Assembly (NCBI GenBank): GCA_044892525.1
Contig: CM097885.1
Coordinates: 185,442,001 to 185,506,000, forward strand
Direction of reading: 5' to 3'
Length of the DNA: 64,000 nt
Source of the DNA: Schmidtea polychroa
Taxonomy: Eukaryota
The notes below the pieces were generated by a model. The model searched no databases and was not told the DNA's origin. It worked only from the letters and a program-made list of their open reading frames with translations. Shown here piece after piece: positions 22,071-35,790 of the stretch (position 1 is its first letter; every line of letters starts with the position of its first letter). The position numbers and the translations under genes were made by a program.

Positions 22071-23543
22071 TTGGACACTTTAAAAGTTGAATTGGACACT
22101 TTAAAAGTTGAATTGGACATATTAAAAGTTAAATTGGACACTAGTTATAAAACTGTAAAAGACGTGAATTTATATTTCAAATAAGACGACTTTAATCAAA
22201 CATGATCTTTCAAATTTTAAATCGCTCTCCTGCCACTGCTTTTGAAATGTTATTCATCATATGCATAACATATCCACAACAATCACCCGGGTTAATATTG
22301 TTCAAGCCATTACAGATAATATCCCGTAGATTTACATTATCCACATTCGATTATAAAATATTCTTGACGAAACTCTTCAACTTACTCCATGCATTTTCGA
22401 TGGGATTCAGCATGTATGAATAGGGTGAGAGAAATTTCAATACAAATCCGGTATCAGTAAAGATGTTTCGTATATAATCAGTTTTATGAATTTGAGCATT
22501 ATCTAAAACTATCCATGCACCATTGTAAATCTCATCGCGTTGAATAATCGCAATTAGCTCCATTAAAAAATCACCGAATATTGAACTTGTACAAGTACTG
22601 TCGTCAACAATGCGGCTATGAATAATTTTGTTTGAATTCATTGCTGCAATAACAGTTACATTTCGACCTCTCACTGTTGGCATCACGATATTTGCCCTTG
22701 TTCCAATTTTTGAGCGGGCGGTAGTTCGACGAATATGTAGATTAAAACCACATTCGTCTATAAAAATGCATTTCTCTTTCAGCGCGGGAGCATTTCGGGC
22801 AAAATACAATGCGTATCGTCGTCTCTTTTCAATGGTTTCTGGTAAATTTACTCGTTCAAGATCACGAGAAGCCTTTTTACATGTAATACGAAGCTTCTCA
22901 AGACATTTAGACACAGACGTGGTTGATAAAGACACTCCTTCGGCTTCAAGTTTGTTTTTTATCATTTTTAAAGTAGTTTGATTATGGTTCTCCACAAAAA
23001 ATTCAATTCGGTCTAGTATATTATCCGTAATTTTTGTTTTATTGTTACCACCTCTTTTTCCTACAATAAAAGTTCCTTTACGCTTGTAGTTGTTTATTAT
23101 CGTTCTCGCGGTGCTCTCATTAAATCTGCAAGCAGCTGCTGCTTCCCTTATTGTTTTCCCGTCCACTGTGACCATGCTTATTAGCACCATTTTAACGTCC
23201 CGGGTGGATTTGGCATACGATTTCTTTATAGGAGATTCGCGATTCTCATGCACATCCGCACCATCAATTTCAGTTTCTTCAATGTTTGATTCGTCTGAAA
23301 ATTTATAATATCGGCCATTTGACATGATTAATGATTTCAAACGATTATATATATTTGGGGGGTATTTAGTTGCTATGTTCTGTATATAAAGTATTTCTAT
23401 AAAAACACATATTAAATAGTAGGGGTGTTATAAATAATGTCCAATTTAACTTTTAAAGTGTCCAATTCAACTTTTAAAGTGTCCAATTCAAATTCGAAAG
23501 TGTCTAATTTAAAATGGAAAGTGTCTAATTTAACGCGAAAATG

Positions 23544-23544
<1 letters not shown>
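22071..23544 (-). mobile_element. Tc1/IS630-family DNA transposon, copy 2 (transposase 22351..23340)
   Basis: Near-identical to copy 1 (E>D and D>Y changes) with the same premature TAA, so it was copied with the segment rather than transposed independently. Confidence 0.88.
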
Positions 23545-23575
<31 letters not shown>

Positions 23576-23808
23576 TAAACTTTAAAAATCAAGTCTATTT
23601 TTCCCATCTCTACTTTTAGGTTAGATATTGTTAGTAAACAACTGTATCATGATCATTACAAATCATACCCATCTCAACCCATCCTAGTAGACTATCATGA
23701 CATATACAACTTTATTATTATTGTTAATATGATTATTATCATTCTTATAAGATTCATATTATTATTCTCATTTTCATTATTATTATGGTTTTTATTATTA
23801 TAAATCCC

Positions 23809-26800
23809 TGTAGTTTTATTGACACAAGGAAATCACAACGTTTTTTAAATTCTATTTTTATCACAAAATCTGCATATTAAAACAAATTTAATTATGCAAT
23901 TACATCTCCGCGTGATTTTCATCTTCGTTCTCAATAAAACTGGTTTCATAATCATCGACATATCGAGGTCTTTTCGTCCTGCCTCTACGTTCATCTCGGC
24001 GAAGTGTGTTGAGTGTAGGATTGTCTACGTCTGTTAATTCATCATCGTCGTTGTTCTCCACTGACGCTTCGTTGACAGCCGGTCGTATGTCGGAATAGTG
24101 TCGCCGAATACCGTTGATGTCGAAATTAGTTGATGAGTTCACCTTCGTTACAATCCCTTCACCCCATGTCGATGTGCACTTCGCGTTTTGTGGTTTAACG
24201 TAAACTGCATCGCCAACTTGGAACGACGTGTCCTGTGTCTTCTCTTCTGTATAACAAGCACCAACTCCTTTCCAGCAATATGAAAACACGGATGAAAACG
24301 GCGGTGTTCTGCACTTGTCATTGGGTGCTAGGTTATACCAATATACCATTTCCAATATTCCCTTGTTGGTTCTTGCTGCCAAGCGTTTAATTGTACGATG
24401 GTTCCGTTCTATTATGCCATTTCCTGATGGCTGATAAGCACATCGAAACACACATTTCACACCCCATTTGCGACACAGTACTTTCATTTGTGTCGACCGA
24501 AATGATGTCGCATTATCAATCAACAGCTCATCAGGGAACCTCGGTCTCTAAAGATCTGTTCAAGATTCCGTGTAATGGTCTCCGCGTCTTCACCTCTTAT
24601 TTCTCTCCACAGAGCAAAACGACCCGGTCCACAATCAATCATAGTTAAATAAAGCTTACTTAGATAGTGTGTAACATCCATAGCCAGTCTCTTCCACGTC
24701 TCCTTAACGCTTAACTCTCCATGCTCCCATTTTACAGGCGCCGGATCGATAGATTGACATTCTGAACATTCACTAATTATAGCCTTTACATCCTCAAGTG
24801 TAACGTCCGGCAAAGTTGCTTTGCAAAATACAACGTCTTCTGGGCACCGAAATGGTGCTGTCTATGACTTTCTCGTAACACTTGGCTCACAACAGCAATG
24901 GTGCTTGCAGTTGGTTCGACACACGATTTAACCCATGTCAGCCCTTTATTACTGACTCTTGTGAGTGCATCTGCTTTGTTTTTATCTGTCGGGACAAACT
25001 CAACCGAGATCGTTAAGTCATAGCTTTTTCGTAATTCACAGATGATCTGCAGACGTCTTCGGACTAGCATCTCAGCAATTCCATGAGTTCGGATTCTGGC
25101 AGTATCCGTTAAAACTGAATCTATTCAACTCCTGACGGTAGTAGAATCTGTTACTACAACTAAGTTGCTTCTTTCCCAGCTAATAGCTAAGTTAATTCCC
25201 TTTTTCACAGCGTCTAACTCTACAAGGTTTATATGAGCAAAATCGTTTTTCTTCCTCATCCATGATGCATCTTCGACGATTTTTCCTGATATTTCTAACG
25301 CAACTCCTAATGCCAGATTGCTCGCATCGCACAAGACAATCGTAGATCCGTCCTTGTTTACGTGCCACTCACCAGTCACGGGATCGCTCTCTTTCACCAC
25401 GATATATCATTTCGTTAACCATTTTTAACGTGATTTTTCCAATCGTATCATCCCACTTACTTCCAGCACTGTGTCGTTTTATATAGTTACTTGCTACTCT
25501 TAACCATCTAGCAACAGGATAGTGCCCAACGAGTTGACCACAGAGGGAAAATAACTCCCTTCTTGACATAGTTGTAAACGCACTGTGTGGCAAACTGTTT
25601 CCACGATGCCACGTACGACCATTAATACTTGTTTGAAGCTGGAGACCTAGCACTCTTGCATCATCAAACTCTTCCGGTGACTTTGTAATTAGCCTGTATG
25701 CTGCTAAATGGCTTATTACGTTTATTCTTGACTGGTTGACAATAATTTCATCAATACAACTATCTGTTGCTTTCCTGATATATTCTCTTAAACTCAGTAT
25801 CTTCCGTAATATTGTTGACATTATTTTCGGAGCCACATTTAAACCAAAACCGAGTCTCGTTAGAAAGTATCCGTTCCCTTTGTAACTAACCCTTTGGTGC
25901 TCCCATAGGTCTTCATCAACATGTATCTGAAGATAAACATTTTTAAGATCAATTAACATAACCTGCTCGCCCATCATTCTCTATCGCCTTAATGATTCGC
26001 CACATACATCACTTTGTCCAGTATGGCTACTAACATATTTATTTAGTTCTCGAAAATCCATTCCTGGACAAACTTTTCCTTTATTTGCTTGCTCTACTGC
26101 CAATAACGGAATTTTTCCATACACGACGTATTTCGTTGGAATTAGCCATCCTTCTTGAATCCACCGTTCAACCTCCATGTCAAACTTGTGCTGCAACCCT
26201 GGATCGATTTTATAATTTGAAATTCTATTCAATAGTACAGCTGGTTCTGCTTTCCATTTCCACTTCACGGTCCACTTGCCGTCACTTAATGCTGCCGAAA
26301 AATCACCATCTTCAATTTGCAAATTCTCATTTAACTGATTCACAGCCACGCACGATACGTTTGCAATACCTGGAAAAGATACACCCGTCTTGTCAATTTT
26401 AAGACCTCCCAGCATCCCTATTACGTCCATTCCTAAAATCATTTCAACATTAAGTGTTAGTTTCATCAACGAAACACAATTAACACTCAATAAACTACCA
26501 CCAACAATCAGCTGAACTTTCACATCACGCATACACTTGACTAGTGATCCATCCGCAGTCATGATACTCCCATTTCGTATAAATCGTTTCTTCGCTATTC
26601 TGGCTGACACAACTGATTTGGAACATCCTGAGTCGATCAATGCTTTTACGGACTCCCCATTGATTATGACTGAAATAAACTGCAACGCCATTATATTCGT
26701 GCTAGAGTAGGCGCTGGCGCACGCGCTACTCCTTTGGCATTTCCCGACTCTGAATTCCTGGTACACTCCTTTACAATGTGGCCCTCTTTTGTACATAGCC

Positions 26801-27648
26801 AACACTTCTTTCCTTGTTTCTTGAAACAACATTCTTCTAGATGGCCATTCTTTCCGCAATACGAGCATTTCTTTTTCTTGTCTTGTTTTCCCACGAAATT
26901 AGTTGATGAGTTCACCTTCGTTACAATCCCTTCACCCCATGTCGATGTGCACTTCGCGTTTGGTGGTTTAACGTAAACTGCATCGCCAACTTGGAACGAC
27001 GTGTCCTGTGCCTTCTCTTCTGTATAACAAGCGCCAACTCCTTCCCACGACAGCCGAACACAGTTCCATATTGTCACAGTTTACTAAGACACGAGACTGT
27101 TTCAAGACCTCAACAAGAGACATCTGCTGAATATTGGCATTGGATCGAAACTGTTGTGACGACACTGCTGGCAAACCCATTATTAATACGCTTTTAATTA
27201 TGATTTCGTTATCTATCTTGGCCAGAGATGCTAAGTTTTTGAGATCATTCAAATAGACATCTACTGGCTCATTGCACCACCTTCGTTCACGGAATCGGTC
27301 ATATGCTTGGAACATATCGATCGAATAGACATCGGTTAAGGCATGCTCGATCTTCAATGCCTTGCCTTTGTCTTCCGTGCTCAAATGCTGATATACTGCA
27401 AAAGCTGGTCCATCTAGATATAAAGGAATTATTTATTCCAACTCCACGATTTTTTGAATTTTTGCCACTAGCTTCACTTTCTGAATCCACTGTTAAACTT
27501 CACCTTCTCCATTGAAAATAGGTATCATCTTGTCCATGATATGGCCGCGATAGCTTGTAGTTTTATTGACACAAGGAAATCACGTTTTTTAAATTATATT
27601 TTTATCACAAAATCTGCATATTAAAACAAATTTAATTATGCAATTACA
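23809..27648 (-). mobile_element. Compact Ty3/Gypsy LTR retrotransposon, copy 2
   Basis: LTRs at 23809-23904 and 27556-27648; same lesions and flanks as copy 1. Confidence 0.92.
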
Positions 27649-27929
27649 ATTCCATTATNNNNNNNNNNNNNNNNNNNNNNNNNNNNNNNNNNNNNNNNNN
27701 NNNNNNNNNNNNNNNNNNNNNNNNNNNNNNNNNNNNNNNNNNNNNNNNNNNNNNNNNNNNNNNNNNNNNNNNNNNNNNNNNNNNNNNNNNNNNNNNNNNN
27801 NNNNNNNNNNNNNNNNNNNNNNNNNNNNNNNNNNNNNNNNNNNNNNATTATAAGATAAATAAGAATTAATAAGCAAGTATATATTTTCACAAATTTAATG
27901 GCACCACCTGCCACAAAAATAAAATTTGA

Positions 27930-29339
27930 TTAATCATGATCTGCAGTTTGATAAAGCTTTCTATTTTTCGTCTCATAAGGTAGAACAAAACTGATAATGA
28001 ATGCTATAAAATTTAATGCGAAAAAAATTAACGTTCCACCAACAAATGAATATTGAGCGATGACAATATTAACAATGAATGGTGCCAAAACCCCTCCAAT
28101 TCGTGACCAACTATTACAGAAGCCTGTGGCAAAACTTCTGACTGAGGTTGGAAAGACTTCTGTTGTATATATATAATTTGTATTTTGGAAACTTTTTATT
28201 GCGCCTCGAGTAAAAAACAGCAAAATACTGATTATAGTCGGAGTTAAGCAAAAATTCAAAAATAACATTCCAGCACAAATAACTGATGTATAAATTGTAA
28301 ATGTAAGTTTTCTACCAACCGTATTGATAAAAAGTAGAGATAAAGGGACAAATAAAATTTCCCCACTGGCTGATAATAACATATTTTTATAATCACTAAC
28401 TGTCATTTCAAAACAACACGAATTGTCTATAGTCTCATTCATCTTGTTCTTGAGGATTTGCGAAACAACGGACCTGTCTTGTAAACATCTGTGAGGTATT
28501 TTATTTAAAATCGTAAGAATTAATATTAATCCGTAATAAGTTAGGCCGGAAATAAACCACATAAAGGACATGAGAAATGTTGTTAGAATATAATTGGGAT
28601 GAAGCAAATCTTTAAACGATGATGAAAGCACTGGAACATCTTGAAAATCAGATATACGTTTGTCTGGAGTGTTCTTTTTTGTCATTTGATTTATTATTTG
28701 TAAGCATTTTGCTTGTTGATTGTGCAATAATAAATATCTTGGAGATTCTGGAGTCCAGATCATCGATAACAAAACAAAATAAATTGGAAATGTTGCTATG
28801 AATAGAAAAAATTTCCAACCAATTGTTGGAATAATTAAAAAGCCAACAGAAGTTATAAAAATTGATCCAACTCCCCAAAAGAACTGTAGTAAAACCATAA
28901 ATGTACCTCGATGGTTCTCAGGAGTCCATTCAGAGAGAAGTGAATAAATCGATGCGGAATTTCCACCAATGAAAATACCAATAAAAAATCGTATTATAAT
29001 CATCCGATGAATTGTCGGAGTAACCACACTTAAAGTTCCAAAAAACAAAAGTCCGGAATTCGTTATTAACAGAGTCGTTTTTCTTCCATATAGATCACTC
29101 AATTTTCCAAATAGAGGACTGCCGAAGAATATACCAATAAAAACTCCAGTTTTGAAAATGACATCTTCAATAACCGTTATATGCCAATTGCAAGTAAGAA
29201 TAGGGCCAAGGAAAGCTAGGATCAACATTTCTGTAGCGTCACAAGAGTGAATGATCCCTAGAATAAACAGTAAAATGAAATGAAACTTACCAATTTTAAT
29301 TTCATTCAGAGCTTCATCAAATGACATTTTCCTCTCCAT
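27930..29339 (-). CDS. SVOP: SVOP-like MFS transporter, copy 3, intronless, 469 aa
   Basis: Intact ORF differing from copy 2 at three residues (L/F, W/R, R/Q). Confidence 0.85.
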   Translation of the reverse strand: MERKMSFDEALNEIKIGKFHFILLFILGIIHSCDATEMLILAFLGPILTCNWHITVIEDVIFKTGVFIGIFFGSPLFGKLSDLYGRKTTLLITNSGLLFFGTLSVVTPTIHRMIIIRFFIGIFIGGNSASIYSLLSEWTPENHRGTFMVLLQFFWGVGSIFITSVGFLIIPTIGWKFFLFIATFPIYFVLLSMIWTPESPRYLLLHNQQAKCLQIINQMTKKNTPDKRISDFQDVPVLSSSFKDLLHPNYILTTFLMSFMWFISGLTYYGLILILTILNKIPHRCLQDRSVVSQILKNKMNETIDNSCCFEMTVSDYKNMLLSASGEILFVPLSLLFINTVGRKLTFTIYTSVICAGMLFLNFCLTPTIISILLFFTRGAIKSFQNTNYIYTTEVFPTSVRSFATGFCNSWSRIGGVLAPFIVNIVIAQYSFVGGTLIFFALNFIAFIISFVLPYETKNRKLYQTADHD

Positions 29340-29614
29340 TCAATAATTTTGAATTACGCGTAGATTAGTGAATATTGTCACAATTTAGTGGTCACTTGCA
29401 ATGGATACTTATAAGTTCATTCATATATTTGCTAGGTTTCATTGTTATACTTGAATACATGAGTAGTATGAAACATTGTTACCAATAAGAAAGAAAATAT
29501 CAATTTCGTACAATTATGCTGGTATTTTTTGCATAGACTGATATATAGATTAGAAAACTTTTCTTAACTCTATTCTTAAAATTACAAAAGTAGATCAACA
29601 TTGACGACCTTAAA

Positions 29615-29616
29615 TA

Positions 29617-29662
<46 letters not shown>
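29615..29662. repeat. (AAT)n microsatellite; the equivalent position in units 1 and 2 is an N run
   Basis: Seen directly. It suggests the N runs are masked low-complexity tracts of variable length. Confidence 0.8.
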
Positions 29663-29664
<2 letters not shown>

Positions 29665-30332
29665 TTCTATAATTATTGGAAACGTGTAATTTGTGAGTCG
29701 TTATTGATAGAGTCATTAAATCCAAAAATTAATTTGCAGAATGTAGTGAATACTTGTGTTTTAAATGTTTTTATATAATTTTTTTGCATATTTGTATGTA
29801 TGGATTGTTGTTGTTAAATGAAATAATTAATAAATTACTAAATTACTAGAGCTCGTACGGCATTAATTAATTTCGTCAACGGTGCAGTATTTTTGCTGTA
29901 GTGTTGATCAACACAACACTAAGGCTTATCGTAGTGAGTCCAATGCGGCCACGAAAGTAGGTAAATTTTAATTAAATGACTATTTTTGCAAGTAAATAAC
30001 ATACGTAAACTGACATTTAAAATTATGTGAACTACACATTACTAGGATCTATAAATGGAAAAAAAACCCCAGACTCAAAATCGCCACAAAACACTTTTCT
30101 CTTATTATAGCCAGTTAATTGTCGAATAAAATGATCTTCTTCTGCTAAAGAACTTTAGTTAAAATTACCAAGTTCATTAATTCTAAACTATGGCTATTCT
30201 ATAAAAAACATTGATACTCCTTTTAGCTAACAATACTAATTACTTATGAAATATTATGAAATATTATCATTCTATTTAACGATGTTCAATTGAAAAGTAA
30301 CTACCTAAAATCTTGATCTACCCTATATTTAC

Positions 30333-30947
30333 AAAGTCAATGATGTAACACCAAAGTTTTTGAAAATTGAGCTGGAAGTAGTATATGATCCATTATATTG
30401 TGTTTCAATTTGAAATGTTATCAGAATAAAATTAGGCATTCTTTTGTCACCAAATATTTGTTCTTTATAGAATGATGAAGCACCTTTAGCAATAGCAAAT
30501 TGTAAAATTTCATTTGTTTTTAATGGATAAATTGCATGTTTTGAATTAAGACCCCATTGATGTCCAGCTAATACTGATGGGTCCACTCGAACTCTTCTCA
30601 CCAATAATTTTGCATCAACTAATTGTCATATTGGTGCACCTGCACTAGTAAGAGATAATGGAGAATCGGATCTTTTCAGTCTAATGTGTACATTAACTCC
30701 TGGAAGCAAATATTTCGGTTGATCCATAAAGTCGAGTTGTAATGATGAGCACATGGTGAATAATTTTGAGCCTTTAACCCACTTTTTTCATTCATCATTT
30801 GTTGTTGCATAACCCATAGGAGTAAGACATGTATTTTTAGTATCAGAATTGTAATTTAAATTAGTTTCTTTTAAGGCCTTGTGAATGAATGTATTACCGC
30901 CCTCAATCTTGATATTTTCTTGAGTGAGATTTCCATTGAACAACATT
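30333..30947 (-). pseudogene. Polinton/Maverick major capsid protein fragment
   Basis: Broken-frame translation gives FNGNLTQE...HKALKETNLNYNSDTKNTCLTPMGY...LQLDFMDQPKYLLPGVNVHIRLKRS...AKLLVRRVRVDPSVLAGHQWGL..KHAIYP...KRMPNFILITF...YNGSYTT...FKNFGVTSLTL, matching the Polinton double-jelly-roll MCP pattern. Truncated at 30332. Confidence 0.75.
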
Positions 30948-31340
30948 TTCTTTTTCATTGTAGCCTTCCAGGCGCTGTTTCCTTCCAATTCCTTTTTGAA
31001 CATGGCCAACACATTCAAGCTTCAACATAAACCTTTTAGACCTTTGAGATTATAAAAGCCTTAGAATCTCTGTCACCCAAAAGTTTGTGTATTGCACACC
31101 ATCTCTTGTCTGTATACCACCTGTATACCATCACTCTTTCCTTCATAATTGTAGCTGCATTCACCTTAGTGATTTGGTGATATACTGCACCGAGGGCAAT
31201 TTGATGTAATTGGCTCTACATCCAGGTTAATTAGAATTAATTACCAGGACATATGACATCTTTCTGCCAGCTTCCATCAAAGATCACGGTGAATTGCATG
31301 ATACTGTGGAGGACGAAATAGCCAGCGATGCTATGCCAAA
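30948..31340 (-). mobile_element. Mutator-like (MULE) transposase remnant
   Basis: The motifs FDGSWQK, LLGDRDSKAF and KLECVGHVQK appear in shifted frames. Confidence 0.7.
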
Positions 31341-31639
31341 ATCTTTTAACAAGTTTGTAGTGATTTTTTTTCTAACATTTGTTTTGATTCGTCATTTTGA
31401 TTTTTACCTAGTATATAAATGTTTGGAAAAAAGCTAATTGTGGTTCATAGCTTTAGAAACTAAAATTCGAAGTAAAATATAAAAGAAAATAAACATGAAA
31501 ACTATACTTTTATTTATTTGTTAATTCAAAAAAACTTGCTTAATTAAAACAGAAATTTAGTAAAACAAAATACAAAATTATAAAATTCATACATAAATAT
31601 TACAATAATTTAATTAAATCATTTTAAATATTTCCAAAT

Positions 31640-33900
31640 AGCTACTTGGTTTTCGCTATATTCTTTAGGTTTAGATTTTTTCACCAGCTGAATTATTACT
31701 CCTCAAACAATGTGTCACGTAAGGTATTGAATTCCAAAGTTTCGAATGGGCGGCCAATTAAGTTCAAAGTCATCACATTCAGTGCCGGATTAACCATATT
31801 GTAAATGTTTCAATTGAAACGGGCCCACTCGTAACTTAACAAGTTAGGGGGCCTACTATGAAATTAATAAATTTACAATATTTGTCGGCTAAAATAAAAT
31901 AAAACAAAAACATATGGTTCTTATTATTTTATGTAAGATGATATAGCCAGATAGGTCTTGTATCCCTTACAGTTGGGCCAAGATGCACATCTATATCGAG
32001 ATAAGCTGTAGCATGGACTCCTATATTATGATATAGAGTCCATGGCTGTAGGCATTAGTAGCATGTATGTACCCGATTGAATTTGAGCAGATCGGGTGAT
32101 GGGTCTAGGATCGTTGGCGCAGCATATAATTATATCTGGAAACTTGAAACTTTCTTCAGTCAACTGAATACTACCACAATTTATATCTGTATATATGGTT
32201 ATAGGAGATAAATAACTTGACATATTGTATTTATACAAGGAATCTAATATTTATCCCACATGTGCTACTAAATCATTGCATTATAACATTCTTCTAGCTT
32301 CGCTCTCTTGAGATTATCTAACCGGTGTAGTAGAATGTTACTTTCTTTTCACCGCATTCATTCATGCTTTGCTAGATTAGAGATTTTTTTACATATTTTG
32401 TGTGGCCGTTGGAGGGTCTATAACACTAAAATTTGAATATAAGTTAAATATGACCGTTTAACGGTGTAATACACAAAATTACATAATAGTATATTATAAT
32501 TATTTTTAAAATCATTAATATCAATAATATTATTATTAACACTAATATTAACATTAATTAACATTTACTATTAAACCATGAAAAAATTTGAATCTGGCAC
32601 ACAAAAACGCCAAAAGAAACGTCTTTTTGAAAAGGCGGCAGAACTGCAACGTGGCGGAATCGATAAGTTTGTTAATAGATCTGAAACTTATAGTGAATCC
32701 GTTGAAATAAAATTAGCTGATACTGAGAAATTACTACAAAGTTCATCTGCAACAGATGTTTCGCCGCAAGAAAACGATTTTAATGAAATAAATTCTTCAT
32801 CAGAACAACTAAATATCATCCACCCCGAATCAATCGTAAATACGCTAACTTTGTTTGACACTGCTAAACATGATATTATATCTGTAACTGATCCAACCTT
32901 GTGGAATGTACTGGATAGTAATCTTGTGAATTATTGGCTCCACGCTGGGCTCAATGCGTGTGCAAACCGTGATGGAGTTTATGCAAAATCGTTAAGGAAA
33001 TATGCCAATTGTAACAGAAAACTGAACAATTCAGCATTTTATTCACAATCTCACAATAGAGAAAAAATTCAAAGGCATTTGGCTTTTGTATTCGCCATCA
33101 TCTGGATGATTTTTTTGTTTTGTATGTAAACTGTTTTCGATAAACAGTTCGTCTGCTCTTGCGACTACAGGATTTGACAGCTGGAGTACCATAAATCGAC
33201 TTGAACAACACGAAAAATCAGCTGATCACAGATACGCTCTAACCACTTATGCAACGCGTATATCCAATGTTCAGACTTTGAACAAATCAATTTGGGAGCA
33301 CGCTGATAAGCAAAAAAAATGCTGTGAGATCAACCCTGGCTCAAGAAAGACGAAAGAGCTTAACACTGATGGATATTGAATACGAAATCGTTCAAAGCCT
33401 TGACTTTCATGATATCATTGACTTTTTCTCAGCAATTAAGTCGCGTCGTCGAGATTTTTAACATTATGCACAACATAGGACGAGTAAGTGTAGCCTAGTA
33501 TGCGCCCCAATTGAATGTTAATTAAAATTGAATTATATGTTTCTGCAAGCATCTAAGGGGCCTACACTATAGTTCTGAAACAGGCCTACAAAAGTTTAAT
33601 CCGGCTTTGATCACATTTGATAAGGTTTTGACTGTTTATCTGGATCTCGTATCAGTAATTATGATGTTATTAATGAAAATCCTCGTTCTGCTTCAGCACT
33701 GCTAACGGTAATCGTAATAAAGATATTTTTGACCTTTTGAATATTTTCTCCAATTTTACTAATTTCTGATTGCCATTGCTTATTACAGTTTCTAAATAAT
33801 TACGGAAATCATTCTTTTGAATATAGTGCATGACTCCTGTGTAAGATAATGAAAACGCATGACCCACTATATTTGTAAAAAATAGAGACATTCAGTGTTA
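31640..33900 (-). mobile_element. Old hAT transposase C-terminal (dimerisation) remnant, split by a younger hAT insertion
   Basis: ITVSSAEAERGFS lies right of the insertion; TLSNVMTLNLIGRPF reads through once the insertion and one TSD copy are removed. Confidence 0.65.
31780..33609 (+). mobile_element. Internally deleted hAT transposon (ZMYM1-like/TTF-zinc-finger type)
   Basis: TIRs CAGTGCCGGATTAA / TTAATCCGGCTTTG with a perfect 8-bp TSD ATCACATT (31772-31779, 33610-33617). ORF 32578..33129 starts MKKFESGTQKRQKKR and is fused to a C-terminal remnant (IIDFFSAIKSRR). Confidence 0.88.
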
Positions 33901-35790
33901 TTTGTCACTAATTGTAGGTGATTTTCACCAAATTGTTGACTTCACTCAACATTAAAAATTTAACACAATGATTTATATTCATGTACCTTTAAAAAAGTGT
34001 AATAATTACAATTTTGAAAAATTTTCATATTTTACTCTATTCTCATATTTTACTCAAAATTCACTCTATTTTGATATCTATTATATTTACTAAAAAATTA
34101 ACTATTTAAATTGCTAATATCATAATTAATCAAAACTGGCTTTTGATTATTTCCATGTTCTATATCCATATATTTTTGTGCATTTGGTAACTAGTTCTAG
34201 TTAGTTCAAGTAGAATCTTTTTTACCTACAAGAAAAAAATCGTGCATTTAACGGTTAATATTCATTATTAAGTGCTTTGATGTCCAGGTCTTTGACTTCT
34301 ATTTGGAAAGGCACAGACGAGCGTTGGACCAAGAAGAAATGTCAAATGTGTCTTTTAGGCACATGCGTTTGACCACCATTTATTAAAACTGGTAATATTA
34401 AAAGCAACTACCTCTGTCAATTTGACTAGGTTTCGCTACGAATTGTTCACTTAATTTAATCACACCTAAATTAGTTTCTTTAGATTCGACAACATTGGGG
34501 TTTCTCCATTTTTCTGATTTCTTTTAAAGAACATTCACGTATCTGTCATTTTCCTTAATTCAATTTTCAATTAAAATTTCGATTCAGGTTAAATTTGTTC
34601 CACTTGAGTTGGATCAGCTGATATTTTCCTGTCAAGTTCAGATATTTTGTTTCTAAATGATTAATCGATTTCAATTAATTGAATTGATTGTAATTGTGAT
34701 CAATAATAAATGTTCATAATCATACCTGGAGTCAGATAGATAGATGGTAATATTTAATTTCACCAACAACCCCAACAATTTTAATAGTTAAAGACATATT
34801 TTGAATTTATTTGTAATTTGACGATTAATTTTGATTTAAAGAGCATTTAACGTACATTTATTTTATTACTACAAACTTCTAATTCACATTAAAACACTTT
34901 AGGAATGTAATAAATTTTATCCAACATCTTAACAGTTCAAATTACATAATTCTTTTTATATTCAAAATTTTATATAAAATATGGAAACTTTTAAATAACA
35001 AAATCAATAATTAATTAGTATTTATTTTAAACCTTTCAATAGCGTCATGGCTATATATTTTTATATTGGGTTAAGAGTTGGTGATAATATTTGTAAAGTT
35101 AAAATTCTTACTCTGACTCAAAGCGTGTCTTTGACTGACTCACAAATAACACTTGACAACAGAAATCTTTATTGATAATCACAAATAACTTTCACTTTAC
35201 ATTGACTATTAATTCAACATTCTGCTCGGTGACTATACAATGCTCATTGCAACACTCAGTGGGGAATAGGACTCGTGTACAACACCAGATTGAAAGATCA
35301 CTAACTACTGATTGGTTTATCGACTGGGACTTTAGGTTGATTGTTTTCTTTGACCTTCACAACTTTTTTCAAATATTCAAATAACTTCTTTTTGTTTATT
35401 TCTCTACTAATTCTATTCTACAAATTTTCTCAAACAATTATTCTTCACAATTATATTTTCTTTTTACAATTATTCTTCACAAATCGTTTTCCAATAAATT
35501 TTCATCTGATTTTGTCTAATTTGTTGTCTCGAATTTTGTCTCTATTTTGTGTCTACCAGTTTATAAAGCTGGTTTTATCTGTGGCACTAGAGATAATCAA
35601 ATGTTTTCCACTTTTCTTTCTCCTGCATTTCCCGACTGTTCTCATTTTATCTCTGACAGATGTCGAGATATGTTTTCCTTTTCCCTTTTTGTTAGGCCGA
35701 CTTCTCCCGGCAATTCCGCTATCTTTGACAAGCTGTTCAGATACGGCTTTCCCATATCTTGTTTTTCTGGAATTTGAAATTCCACCTTTT

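Larger units (their letters stand above)
9933..30332. repeat. Tandem segmental amplification: ~8.8-kb unit x2 plus a partial third unit (about 9933-18870, 18871-27648, 27649-30332)
   Basis: Equivalent ORFs recur at offsets of 8778-8788 bp and are nearly identical apart from scattered SNPs and microsatellite or N lengths. The third copy stops at 30332, where a Polinton capsid fragment begins. Confidence 0.95.

Noticed and set aside
13414-27515. Antisense and overlapping short ORFs over the Tc1, Gypsy and SVOP genes (e.g. 13840..14193, 17307..17624, 19835..20017).
   Set aside because: Shadow frames of real coding sequence with no motifs.
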